Below are positions 37,790 to 46,928 of a stretch of 64,000 nt of DNA, one piece after another (position 1 is the stretch's first letter; every line of letters begins with the position of its first letter). Below the pieces are notes generated by a model. That model searched no databases, was not told where the DNA came from, and was given only the letters and a program-made list of their open reading frames with translations. Source of the DNA: a virus (taxonomy: Duplodnaviria; Caudoviricetes). The position numbers and the translations under genes were made by a program. The stretch is taken from positions 3,528 to 67,527 of IMG/VR virus record IMGVR_UViG_2974749469_000001, one strand, 5' to 3'.

Positions 37790-40333
37790 GAGGCGGAAGC
37801 CGGTGAAGATCGTCTCCGAGGTCACCTTGCCCGCGCGCCGGACGGTGGCCTTCTTCGTGGCGTAGCCGTTCTCCCGCATCCGCGAGTAGAACTCCCGGCG
37901 GGTGAGGGGGTCGGCCTCCTCGCGCTTGGCCCATTGCCGGTACAGCTCGAAGACCTTCAGCGCGACGACTTTGCCGTCGTCATCGTCGGTCAGCATCTCC
38001 GCGGTGAACATCTGGAACGTCGACGTCCCGGCGATGAACATGGCCCGGCGCTTCGTCACCTCGGTGGGCAGTGCCGTGTCGAGACCCTCCAGCAGGTAGT
38101 CCAGGAGGCCGTCGACGAGCCACGAAAGGACCGCGCGCAGAGCTTCGGGCACCTCGCGGATCGGCGTGACGTCGGCGTTGGACAGGGGCACCTGGCGGTC
38201 GAAAGGGAGCACGAGCAACCGGCGCCAGAGCGCGGCGTCGCCGTCCTCGATCGTCGGCATGGAGTTGGTCGCGATGATCGGGGTAAACATCGGGGTCCGC
38301 TGGACCATCACGTTGCTGTAGAGCGCACGAGCGGTCACGGAGTCGCCGCCGGTGAGGCGCTTGATCACATCGGAGTGGAGCCGGTTGCGCTGGCCAACCT
38401 CGCTGGCGAAAACGACTCGGCGGGGGAAGGCGGCGATGATCTCAGGCATCGGCCCGGCCTCGCGCTTCTGCCGGAACAGCCCGTTGATGTCGATCGAACC
38501 CGCGTAGTCGCCGAGCGCGGCCTGGCACGCCTCGATGATCGTCGTCTTGCCGGTCGACGTCCCTCCCTGGAGGAAGATGATGCGGCGCTGTGGGTTTCCA
38601 CCCATGAAGGCGTATCCGAAGACCTTGCGCACGTATCGGCGGTACTCGCGGTCGGGGAGGAACGTGTTCAGGTAGCTCTCCCACAGCGGGTGGGTGTAGT
38701 TCGGCTCGTAGGCGACCGGGGTGTGCTGGAGGATCAGGTCTTCGGGCTTGCCCTTGCGGCACAGCGAGTCGTACTCCGCGATCCCGTTGCTGGCGGTGTT
38801 CAGGTCGAGCACGCCGTTGCCGACACCCCAGGTGAGTCGGTTGGTGTCGAAGTCCGCGGGGTCGATCGGGTTCTTCGAGAGCACGTGTGCCATCGACATC
38901 GAGTGCTCGATCTTCATTCGGTTTCCGGCTTCGGTCGCGCGCTTCTCGTAGGCTCTGGCGGCCTTGAAGGTGTCCTCGGCCTCCGACATCCCCTGCTCCT
39001 CCTGAAGCTCGCCGGTGTGCCAGCAGGCCTCCGCGGCGGCGCGCAGAGATGCCTGGACGGACCGGGACCACAGCAGGCCGTAGGTCTCGGCCTTCGAGAG
39101 CTTGACCAGACGACCAATCTCGTCGTCCCACCAGGCCCACTCGTCGGACCCGCCGCGGATCGGCCGGATGGAGTCACCGAGCGCGTCGAGGAACATGTGA
39201 GCACGACCGGAGTCGCTGTCTTCGTACTCCGTCGCGTCGACGATCGTGTTCCGGCGCTCGATCCAGTGCTTCAGCGTCTTCTCGCGGAACACCTCGATGT
39301 CGATCTCGCCGTCGGCCGCGGTATATCCGCCGACGGTGGAGATCCGGACCAGGCCGTTGGCGATGTCGTCGCGGAGTTTCGAGACCTCCCCGCACAGCGC
39401 GCGTCGCCACTCCAGCTTTGCGCTGGTCAGGTCGCGCCGAGCCTCGCCGTCGACGGCACCGAGGGTCTCCTCGAAGAAGGCCTTGCGCACCCGGTTGATG
39501 CCGGTCTCCAGGCCGTGGTGCCCTTCGGCCGCGAGCTGGACGATCTCGTGCAGGCGAGCGATCATCATGTCGTGCGCGCCGACGGTCATCTGGTCGGCGA
39601 GCTTGCCAGGGTCCGACGCGCGATCCATCTGGCCGGACGGGGCCTCGGTGTATCCGGGGATCTCTTCCTTCAGCCAGGAGAACGCGAGGTCGATGTCGTT
39701 GATCTCGTCGAGAATGACCCGGTTCTCTCCGGCGGGGCCCTTGTACATCGCCTCGCGCCATGCCTCGGGGAGGTGCGGGAGGTCGGCGACCGCCGGAGGT
39801 TCGCAGGGGATGTCGTCGTTGTCGTACCAGCGGTAGTGCCGCGGCGGGTCGACGGTGCCCTTGTCCCAGGTGACCACCGACGGCCAGACGACGGCGTACC
39901 GGTGGGTTCGCTGGATGATCTCGATGTCCGGGCCGGGCTTGCCAACCCACTTCGCACCAGCGGGAACGAGGAAGAAGCGGATGCCGGAGGGGTTCTCGGG
40001 GTCTCGCGACGTCGACCGCCATGTGCTCGGCAACGGGCCGTACTGCTCGACGAGGGTGTCGAGGGTTTCGGCGCCGGTCTTGCTGTCGTATTGGTCGACG
40101 TCGATGCCGATGACCTCGAACTCGTCGCCGTCGATCTTCACGACCGGCATCCGGACGCCGAGGTTGCTCTCCGGGATCTCTTCGCACCAGTTCTCGATGT
40201 CGATCGCCGAGATGTAGGGCTTGTTGCCTGTGGTGTCGTCCGGCGGGGTCGACTTCAGCCCCTCGGGGATCGGGAGTGGCGAGTGCCAGCCTTGGCGCAG
40301 GTACAGACCGGCGTGGTCACCGAAGATCGTCAC
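37772..40333 (-). CDS. DNA primase-polymerase / D5-like helicase
   Basis: Prim-pol motifs (NLGVRMP, IGIDVD), GGTSTGKTT Walker A; GTG 40333 after AAGGAG. Confidence 0.9.
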   Translation of the reverse strand: MTIFGDHAGLYLRQGWHSPLPIPEGLKSTPPDDTTGNKPYISAIDIENWCEEIPESNLGVRMPVVKIDGDEFEVIGIDVDQYDSKTGAETLDTLVEQYGPLPSTWRSTSRDPENPSGIRFFLVPAGAKWVGKPGPDIEIIQRTHRYAVVWPSVVTWDKGTVDPPRHYRWYDNDDIPCEPPAVADLPHLPEAWREAMYKGPAGENRVILDEINDIDLAFSWLKEEIPGYTEAPSGQMDRASDPGKLADQMTVGAHDMMIARLHEIVQLAAEGHHGLETGINRVRKAFFEETLGAVDGEARRDLTSAKLEWRRALCGEVSKLRDDIANGLVRISTVGGYTAADGEIDIEVFREKTLKHWIERRNTIVDATEYEDSDSGRAHMFLDALGDSIRPIRGGSDEWAWWDDEIGRLVKLSKAETYGLLWSRSVQASLRAAAEACWHTGELQEEQGMSEAEDTFKAARAYEKRATEAGNRMKIEHSMSMAHVLSKNPIDPADFDTNRLTWGVGNGVLDLNTASNGIAEYDSLCRKGKPEDLILQHTPVAYEPNYTHPLWESYLNTFLPDREYRRYVRKVFGYAFMGGNPQRRIIFLQGGTSTGKTTIIEACQAALGDYAGSIDINGLFRQKREAGPMPEIIAAFPRRVVFASEVGQRNRLHSDVIKRLTGGDSVTARALYSNVMVQRTPMFTPIIATNSMPTIEDGDAALWRRLLVLPFDRQVPLSNADVTPIREVPEALRAVLSWLVDGLLDYLLEGLDTALPTEVTKRRAMFIAGTSTFQMFTAEMLTDDDDGKVVALKVFELYRQWAKREEADPLTRREFYSRMRENGYATKKATVRRAGKVTSETIFTGFRLSGGGA

Positions 40334-40743
40334 ATCATCTCCTTGAAATCCTTTGTCGCAACGAGGATTGACTCCGGTCGCTCGAAGTGAATCCCGCACC
40401 CTGGACAGAGGAAGGGGTAGGTCAGGTAGTCCCGGAAGTAGCTCACGTGAGCGTCGCACAGCACGATCTGATTGACCAGGAGCCCGTCAGCGAAGACGTA
40501 GTCCGAGATCGATCGGTTGCTGTGGATGATGAGCTTGCGGGGATCGTTCCAGCAAGGGCACAGACGGACGGCGTAGAGCGTGCTGCCGGTGTTCTGACAC
40601 CCCTTGGGGTGGTGCTCGGACGGCCAGAGATCATCCGGCAGTTCGTCGTTCATCTCCCGAGTGGTCCACAGCATCCGACGGACCTCGCACTTCAGGCCCT
40701 TGGGCTGGAACTCCAGCTCCGAGAGAACCTTGTCGATGTCCAC
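40330..40743 (-). CDS. Cys-rich hypothetical protein
   Basis: CPC, LCDAH, CPGC; GTG 40743. Confidence 0.65.
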   Translation of the reverse strand: MDIDKVLSELEFQPKGLKCEVRRMLWTTREMNDELPDDLWPSEHHPKGCQNTGSTLYAVRLCPCWNDPRKLIIHSNRSISDYVFADGLLVNQIVLCDAHVSYFRDYLTYPFLCPGCGIHFERPESILVATKDFKEMM

Positions 40744-41053
40744 GAGAGAGCCCTTCGTTCCGAATGATGAGTTCGCCGCCGTAGATCCCCTCGGCGCGGG
40801 GGTCGCTGCGCGCGGCGGCCAGGCAGGCGAGACGTTCGGGGCAGGCCCGGCACACCGTCTTCGCGGCCTCGTGCCGGTCAGCGCGTGCGACCGAACTCTC
40901 ACCCTTCGCGTTCTTCTCCCCGCCGCCGTCGAGTTCGGCGTCCCAGAGCCACACTCCCTGGAATCGATCGGCGCAGCACAGTGCGCGGCGCCAATCGACC
41001 GCCCGCTGTGCGGGGGACAGCGGGAAGAGGAGAAGAGGTCCGGCCTTGCTCAC
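40631..41053 (-). CDS. WhiB family transcription factor (1)
   Basis: C...C..C.....C plus EGIYGG. Confidence 0.75.
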   Translation of the reverse strand: MSKAGPLLLFPLSPAQRAVDWRRALCCADRFQGVWLWDAELDGGGEKNAKGESSVARADRHEAAKTVCRACPERLACLAAARSDPRAEGIYGGELIIRNEGLSRGHRQGSLGAGVPAQGPEVRGPSDAVDHSGDERRTAG

Positions 41054-41331
41054 TGCTGTTTCAGGGTCCGTTCCGAGGCAGAGATGATGTTCTGCCGCAC
41101 CACTTCTGGGTTGAAGTACACCAGGATGCCTTGCATCTCTAGACGCTCAGCGATCAGGCGCATCATGTTCTCGTTGGAGATGCCGGTCTCGGGGTCCCAG
41201 TCGTCGTCGAGGCGCTTGACGGGATGGACCTTCTCCCCCATCTGGAGCTTGCCTGCCTCGTAGTCGTTGGTGATCGACCCGATGGTCGCGACGAGACGCT
41301 CGGCCAGCTCCATCGGCTCCAGGCGCCTCAT
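41050..41331 (-). CDS. hypothetical protein
   Basis: ATG 41331 overlapping the previous stop. Confidence 0.65.
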   Translation of the reverse strand: MRRLEPMELAERLVATIGSITNDYEAGKLQMGEKVHPVKRLDDDWDPETGISNENMMRLIAERLEMQGILVYFNPEVVRQNIISASERTLKQQ

Positions 41332-41786
41332 GCGCTCACGACCTGGCTGTCGGCGAGCGCCTCGATGCTCTGGCGGTAGTACCGGACCTGCTTCGGACCC
41401 AGCGGCCGGGTGCCGACGATCTTCCCCTCGCGCTCCCATCGCCGCAGCGTCGGCCGGGACACCCCCAGCTCCATCGCCGCGGTGTTGGCGTCGACGGTCT
41501 CGCGGAGCACCTGACGCAGCTTGCCCGACTTGTCCGGATCAATCTCGACCGGCTTGTCCTCCCAGCGGGTGTTCTCCCGACGCCGCGACAGCTCGCTGAC
41601 GATCTGGTCGTGGTTGTCGAGGATCTGGTCGAGGTAGACCCGGCGGTGATTACCGCTGGTCTGCGCGATCCGAAGACTCTTCATCCCCTCGATGACGGCC
41701 CGACGCAGGGTATAGTCGTGAACCCCGATCACCTCGGCGGCCTGCTCCAGACTGATGAGCACACCTCGGTTCTTCGTTCGCGCCAT
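41328..41786 (-). CDS. tandem helix-turn-helix DNA-binding protein (excisionase/MerR-like)
   Basis: SLEQAAEVIGVHDYTLRR and NTAAMELGVSRPTLRRWEREG. Confidence 0.82.
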   Translation of the reverse strand: MARTKNRGVLISLEQAAEVIGVHDYTLRRAVIEGMKSLRIAQTSGNHRRVYLDQILDNHDQIVSELSRRRENTRWEDKPVEIDPDKSGKLRQVLRETVDANTAAMELGVSRPTLRRWEREGKIVGTRPLGPKQVRYYRQSIEALADSQVVSA

Positions 41787-41806
41787 GACTCCCTCTTCTC
41801 GCTTGT

Positions 41807-42553
41807 TCAAGTTGACCTCAACCCTAGCATATCCCGCCTGTTCGCCTCGGCGAGCAGGGGCCACGCCTTGAAGATCTTCGTGCGTTGCTCACGCACCTTA
41901 CGGACGAACAGCAGCGCGTGTCGGTCGGCGTCCCGCGCGTGTCGGCCTCCCGGCACCCACATGTCCCAGAGCTTCAGCCGCTCATCGGTGATGGCGGTCT
42001 TGGCCTCGCTCGGCTGCTGACGGGTGATCGGGTAGGGAACGTTCTTCCCCTCCCACAGCAGGTAGTCGAGGATCGCGGTGATGCGCACCGGCGAGAGTGC
42101 GTCTCGCTTCTGGTTCTGGGTGCGCAGGATGAAGTCCTCGACCACGACGGTGCAGTTCAGCGCCTTAGCGTGCCGCTCGACGAGCTTCTCGCACAGGTGC
42201 GCACCGGCGGCCTCTCCCTCTTCCGACGCGCTCAGGTCGTACTGCGACGCCGCGGAACCGAGCTGGCCCGACGCCGCGCCGCAGTCGATCTCGCCGTGCC
42301 ACCAGTCGGTGATAACCTCGTGAGCCCGCACGGTCTTATCGAACAGGCGTTCGACGTCAAGGGTGAACACCGACCAGCCGGTCGTCCCGCCGGGGTCGAA
42401 CGCCACGAGGGTCACACCGCGCTCCATCCGCCGGGCGATCATCGCGTCGCTCAGCGCAGGCAGGCGTTCCTCCAGCGGGTCCGGGTATCCCTCGTCGGCA
42501 TGGAAGATGGCCCTCCGGTCGAACCAGTGTTCGGGAGTGTCGTGAGGCTTCAT
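41807..42553 (-). CDS. RuvC-like Holliday junction resolvase
   Basis: VAFDPGGTTGW, VVVEDF, HARDA. Confidence 0.8.
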   Translation of the reverse strand: MKPHDTPEHWFDRRAIFHADEGYPDPLEERLPALSDAMIARRMERGVTLVAFDPGGTTGWSVFTLDVERLFDKTVRAHEVITDWWHGEIDCGAASGQLGSAASQYDLSASEEGEAAGAHLCEKLVERHAKALNCTVVVEDFILRTQNQKRDALSPVRITAILDYLLWEGKNVPYPITRQQPSEAKTAITDERLKLWDMWVPGGRHARDADRHALLFVRKVREQRTKIFKAWPLLAEANRRDMLGLRST

Positions 42554-42774
42554 GGCTTCACCTCGTCGGCGGTCACGGAGACCCCCTGCTGGACCGATGG
42601 GGAGTTGAGATCCCAGACCACCCGATGGACGTTGTACGTGCGACCGTCCGCCTCTAGGCGCTCGCCGACGGCCGGAACCCGGAACCCGACCCCGACGGTG
42701 TCGTAGTGAGCGGTGATCATACGAGGTCCGTAGAGGGAGTTAAGCTGGTATCGGACAATGACTTTCGGCTTCAT
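42550..42774 (-). CDS. hypothetical protein
   Basis: Coupled ORF. Confidence 0.65.
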   Translation of the reverse strand: MKPKVIVRYQLNSLYGPRMITAHYDTVGVGFRVPAVGERLEADGRTYNVHRVVWDLNSPSVQQGVSVTADEVKP

Positions 42775-45700
42775 AGATCCTCCAATTCGATGAGACTGAC
42801 TTCCTCGGCCTGCACAGCGGAGCCGTGCCCGCCCCGGGCGATGCCGAGCACGTGGATGGCGGTGTTGGTCCCGACGTCGGCCAGCTCCTCGGCCAGATCG
42901 GGGTAGAGGAACCGGTGGACGTAGACGTGGACCTCGGTGCCGTCACCGTCTTCGGCGATGACCGTGGCCTTCGTCGAAATCTCCGGCTTGTCGACCTCCT
43001 GACGGAGCTGTTCGATCGTCTGGCCGGTGCGCTTGCGAAGGCCTTCGAGGTGGTCCTTGATCTTCACCTCGCGGATCAGGCCGATGAACACCACCCGGTC
43101 GCCGTCGCTGTCGGCGAGCAGGTCGGCCGACGTCGAGCCGCCGAGGAGCGCGAGATCACCGTCGGCGATTGCGGACTCGATGCTGTCGACGGCACGCGCG
43201 GCCCGGTTGATCCCGAACGGGTCCCGCGACTCGCACATCTGTTCGATCTTCGCGATGGTCTTGGCGCCGAGGCCCGGCACTCCCTGAGCGGGCTCGTCCG
43301 GCTTCGTCTTCCGGCCGGTCTTCGCCGCGACGTAGCGCATGTCAGCCCAGGTCTTGCCGAGTGCCTTGAAGTTGATCGGCTTGTCGGTCGGGGGAGGACC
43401 CACCTCGCGGTCGCGCCACTCCAGCATCTTCCGGCCGACCTTCTCGGCAATGCCGGGGATCTGGGTGAACCCAGCTCTCACGGCCTGCTCTGGCCCTCGT
43501 CGGGAGGGCTCCCACGTCAACTGGGACCAAACGAGGTGCGGACCCTGCACACTGATGCCATGTCGCGTTGCATCCTGCATGAGGCCCAGCGCCTTGTTCT
43601 CCTTCGGGTCGGTCTTGGCGTACCGCAGCGCCGCGGCGTAGAACTCGGTGGGGTGGTAGAGCTTCAGCCAGGCCAGCCAGTAGCCGACGACGGCGTAGCA
43701 GGCGGCGTGGGCGATGTTGAACAGGTAGCTCGATGACTTCGCCATGTAGTCCCACAGCTCTCGCGCGTCGGCTTCGGGCATCCCGATCTCGCGCTGCATT
43801 CCGTCGCGGAACTCCTCCCAGAAGGCCTCGAACGCACCACCCTGCTTCTTCTTCCCGATGATCCGGCGCAGCGCGCCGACCCGGTGCCCGGGCATCCCGG
43901 CGACGCGACCCATCCCCATCACCTGCTCCTGGTAGACCAGGCTGCCGTTGGTGTAGGCGAGCACTTCGTTGACCTCGGGGTACCCCCAGTCGCGCGGTTC
44001 CTCGCGGTCCATCTCGACACCCTCGTAGTGCGCGGTCTGGCCGGAGATGAGCGCGCCGGGCCGGGAGAGCGCGTTGATGTCGACGAGGTGCTGGAAGGTG
44101 AGTTTGGATCCGGCGAGGTTGTTGACGATCCCGCGGGTGGTCCGGCCGTCGAACTGGAAGATGCCGGTGAGGTCGCCCTTGTCGAAGATCTCCTCGAACA
44201 CCCGCTCGTCGTCGCGCGGGAGCGCGTACATCTCGGTCCAGCTCATCCCGATCCAGCCGAGGCAGTCCGAGATCAGGTCCAGGGTTTCCAGGCTCAGGAT
44301 GTCGAGTTTCAGCATCCCGAGGTACTCGGCGTCGCGCTTGTCGTAGGCGATACCTCGGCGGGTGACACCCTCCTTCGTCTCGGTGTAGATCGCGCACGTC
44401 TCAGCGATCGGCCGAGTCGAGATCACCAGCCCGGCGGCGTGGATGCCAAGCCCGCGGTAGTCGCCTTCGATCTCAGCGGCCATCTTCAGCTCGGGGTACT
44501 TCTTCACGATCTGCTTGGCCCGGTCGAACGTGGCGATCGCGTCGACGACGGAGAAGTCCTCGCGCGGGTCGCCGTCGTCCCGGTCGACGATGAGATCCTT
44601 CAGCTCGAAGACCTCGGAGAAGTCCGAGAGCTGGTGTGCGCGAGCGACATCCTTGATCGCCGACTTCCCGCGGTACCGGCTGTAGTTGGTGATCTTCGCG
44701 GTGCGTTCGGCGCCGTACTTCTCGGTGGCGTAGTCGAAGATCTCCTGTCGACGGCGGGACTCGAAGTCGATGTCGATGTCGGGGTCGTCCGGCCGCGACG
44801 GGTCGATGAAGCGCTCGAACTGCATGAGCGGGAACTCCATCGGGTCGATCTCGGTGATGCGGAGCAGGTAGCAGATCTCTGAACCGGCGGCCGAACCGCG
44901 GCCGGGCCCGACGCCGATGGGGTTCGGGTGGTCCTTGGCGAACCGGACGAGGTCGGCGGTGACCAGGAAGTAGTCGCAGAACCCCTTCTCTTCCAGCATT
45001 CCGAACTCGTAATGGATCTGGTCGAGGTACTCCTGGGTGCGGGTGTCCCAGCGCTCTGCGAACCGCGGATCGGTCTCCGCGCGGAACTCGATTCCGTCGT
45101 TGATCCACTGCTTCAGCCGGTCGGCCGCGCTCAACTGCTTGCCGCGGGAGACGAACACGACGCGCTCCGACTTCGGCAGCTCGACGGTGCAGCGGTCGGC
45201 GATCTCGCGCGCTCCGTCGAGTGCGGAGTCTGCCTCGGCATCGCTCAGGAGGCAGTCGGCGAGCTTCTGCCGGACAGCGTCGTCGGACTCGGGATAGGTA
45301 AGCCGGACGTCGTACTCCCAGTCGGCGTCCTGGGTCTCGATCGTGCCGCCGCGGTGCGCTGCGTGCAGCATCCGCTGGATGTGGTTCTGGTTCGGGTAGG
45401 GGTAGTGGACGTCGGCGGTGGCCACGAGCGGCACTCCGTCGGCGGCCGACACGTCGGCGAAGAACTGGTTCAGCAGCACGGTGCGATCCAGCTCGGGAAA
45501 CATCTGGACTTCGAGGTAGAACCGGTCGCCGTAGCACTTCACGTAGCGATGGATCAGCGCGCGGGTCTCGTCGACACTCTCGTCGTCCCAGTCCTCGCGC
45601 CGGTCACCGAGGCTCTTGCCGCCGAGCAGGGTGCAGGAGATCCACGAGTCGGCGCACCCGCTGGTCACGATGAGGCCCTTGGTCAGTTCGGGGTCGAGGA

Positions 45701-46052
45701 GCTGGCGGGTGTAGAGCCGCGGCACGACGAAGCTCTGCTCGTAGGACAGGCCGACGAGCCGGTTGAGGTTGCGGTACCCCTCGGCGTTCATCGCGAGCAC
45801 GGTCTGGTGGAAGTGCCGCCGGACGCGCAGCTCGGGACCGGTCGCGACGTCGAACTCGACGCCGAAGATCGGCTTGATGCCGAACTCGTTGGCGGCCTGT
45901 TCGAGCTGCACGTGCGAGGAGAGGTTCCGGTGCTCAGTGAGCGCGACGGCGTCCATCCCCAGCTCCTTCACCCGCTGAACGTGCGCGCGGGGCTTTCGGT
46001 AGCCGTCGCCGTGGGAAAAGGAGCTGTGCGTGTGTAGCGACACCCACCTCAT
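42771..46052 (-). CDS. dnaE: DnaE-like DNA polymerase III alpha subunit
   Basis: PHP motifs HTHSSFS.GDG, ALTEH, ATADVHY; GPGRGSAAGS; PDIDIDF; ATG 46052 after GGAGG. Confidence 0.95.
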   Translation of the reverse strand: MRWVSLHTHSSFSHGDGYRKPRAHVQRVKELGMDAVALTEHRNLSSHVQLEQAANEFGIKPIFGVEFDVATGPELRVRRHFHQTVLAMNAEGYRNLNRLVGLSYEQSFVVPRLYTRQLLDPELTKGLIVTSGCADSWISCTLLGGKSLGDRREDWDDESVDETRALIHRYVKCYGDRFYLEVQMFPELDRTVLLNQFFADVSAADGVPLVATADVHYPYPNQNHIQRMLHAAHRGGTIETQDADWEYDVRLTYPESDDAVRQKLADCLLSDAEADSALDGAREIADRCTVELPKSERVVFVSRGKQLSAADRLKQWINDGIEFRAETDPRFAERWDTRTQEYLDQIHYEFGMLEEKGFCDYFLVTADLVRFAKDHPNPIGVGPGRGSAAGSEICYLLRITEIDPMEFPLMQFERFIDPSRPDDPDIDIDFESRRRQEIFDYATEKYGAERTAKITNYSRYRGKSAIKDVARAHQLSDFSEVFELKDLIVDRDDGDPREDFSVVDAIATFDRAKQIVKKYPELKMAAEIEGDYRGLGIHAAGLVISTRPIAETCAIYTETKEGVTRRGIAYDKRDAEYLGMLKLDILSLETLDLISDCLGWIGMSWTEMYALPRDDERVFEEIFDKGDLTGIFQFDGRTTRGIVNNLAGSKLTFQHLVDINALSRPGALISGQTAHYEGVEMDREEPRDWGYPEVNEVLAYTNGSLVYQEQVMGMGRVAGMPGHRVGALRRIIGKKKQGGAFEAFWEEFRDGMQREIGMPEADARELWDYMAKSSSYLFNIAHAACYAVVGYWLAWLKLYHPTEFYAAALRYAKTDPKENKALGLMQDATRHGISVQGPHLVWSQLTWEPSRRGPEQAVRAGFTQIPGIAEKVGRKMLEWRDREVGPPPTDKPINFKALGKTWADMRYVAAKTGRKTKPDEPAQGVPGLGAKTIAKIEQMCESRDPFGINRAARAVDSIESAIADGDLALLGGSTSADLLADSDGDRVVFIGLIREVKIKDHLEGLRKRTGQTIEQLRQEVDKPEISTKATVIAEDGDGTEVHVYVHRFLYPDLAEELADVGTNTAIHVLGIARGGHGSAVQAEEVSLIELEDL

Positions 46053-46102
46053 CAAGGTTTCCTCCGAAAGTTGCTCGAAAATCCGCTGGAATGGCTGAGA
46101 CC

Positions 46103-46131
46103 CAATGTAAGACTTGACGTCAAGAATGTCA
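46103..46131 (-). promoter_or_regulatory. leftward promoter TTGACA-17-TACATT with TTGACGTCAA (46114-46123) in the spacer
   Basis: Reverse complement reads TTGACA TTCTTGACGTCAAGTCT TACATT upstream of dnaE. Confidence 0.8.
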
Positions 46132-46377
46132 AGACCAACTCGCACCCCGAGAGCCGATCAGCCACTTCTTGAAGGTGATCATGTCGTGCTCCTCGGACCA
46201 CTTCCGCATCTCCTCGGGGTAATCCGAGCACCCGTCCTCCTCGCGCTCGATCTCCTGCCGGTAGCGCTCCTGGCGGTATTCGTCGACCAGGCGAGCATGG
46301 TGAATTGAGCACTGGACGTGGTCGGGGGTGCAGCGGAGGTGCCGCTCGATCACGCCGGATCTGTGCAGTCCGGGCAA
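46129..46377 (-). CDS. hypothetical protein
   Basis: 82 aa, CTPDH...CSIHH. Confidence 0.6.
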   Translation of the reverse strand: MPGLHRSGVIERHLRCTPDHVQCSIHHARLVDEYRQERYRQEIEREEDGCSDYPEEMRKWSEEHDMITFKKWLIGSRGASWS

Positions 46378-46856
46378 CCACCGCCGTCGCAGGTCGCGCA
46401 GGTGTGGTACTGCGCCTGGGTCCGGTGCGCGGGCAGCACCGGGAAGGCGATCTGCGCTTCGGCCTCGGCGTATGCGTCGAGCAGGCGATCCTGGGGAGTG
46501 TCGGTCATCAGCTCGTCGATCGCGGCGTGCAGCCGGTCGAACGGGATCGCCCCGCTGATGGTCGTCGTCGACTCCCCGCGCCGGACGAGCATGATCGTCG
46601 GCGTCGAGGAGACCATGTGCTTCTCCAGGAACATCCGCAGCTCGGGGGTGAAGGTGTTGTCAGGGTTCGGCAGCGGCGCACCGGCGAATCCGAGGTGTCG
46701 ACGACCCTTCGGGTATGCCTCGATCGCGCTCAGCATGTAGTCGAACAGGTGTTCGGTACGATCGCCGATCAGCAGCACCCAGCGGGTCCGGCCGGTTCGG
46801 CTCTCGACCTCCTCGATGACCTTGGGGTCGCGCAGGTCGAGGAAGTGGTAGGTCAT
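46350..46856 (-). CDS. thioredoxin-like fold protein with C-terminal CxxC-GGG-CxxC
   Basis: STPTIMLVRRGE...ISGA.P..RL; CATCDGGGCPDC. Confidence 0.6.
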   Translation of the reverse strand: MTYHFLDLRDPKVIEEVESRTGRTRWVLLIGDRTEHLFDYMLSAIEAYPKGRRHLGFAGAPLPNPDNTFTPELRMFLEKHMVSSTPTIMLVRRGESTTTISGAIPFDRLHAAIDELMTDTPQDRLLDAYAEAEAQIAFPVLPAHRTQAQYHTCATCDGGGCPDCTDPA

Positions 46857-46877
46857 GTGCAGGGCCTTTCAACGGGA

Positions 46878-46916
46878 GAAGCGGGTGGACCGACCCCTCA
46901 TCGGCCCACCCGCTTC
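46878..46916 (-). terminator. stem-loop downstream of the SSB gene
   Basis: GAAGCGGGTGG...CCACCCGCTTC. Confidence 0.6.
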
Positions 46917-46928
46917 GGTGGAGGTGTA

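Noticed and set aside
43231-43246. TCGCAC-ATCT-GTTCGA in dnaE, and TCGGAT-TCGA-GTTCGA at 53467
   Set aside because: Mismatches fall in the core GAAC and both are in coding DNA; plausibly chance
37772-46052. Inteins or introns in primase, DnaE or terminase
   Set aside because: Protein lengths are normal and no C...HN splice or LAGLIDADG motifs were seen
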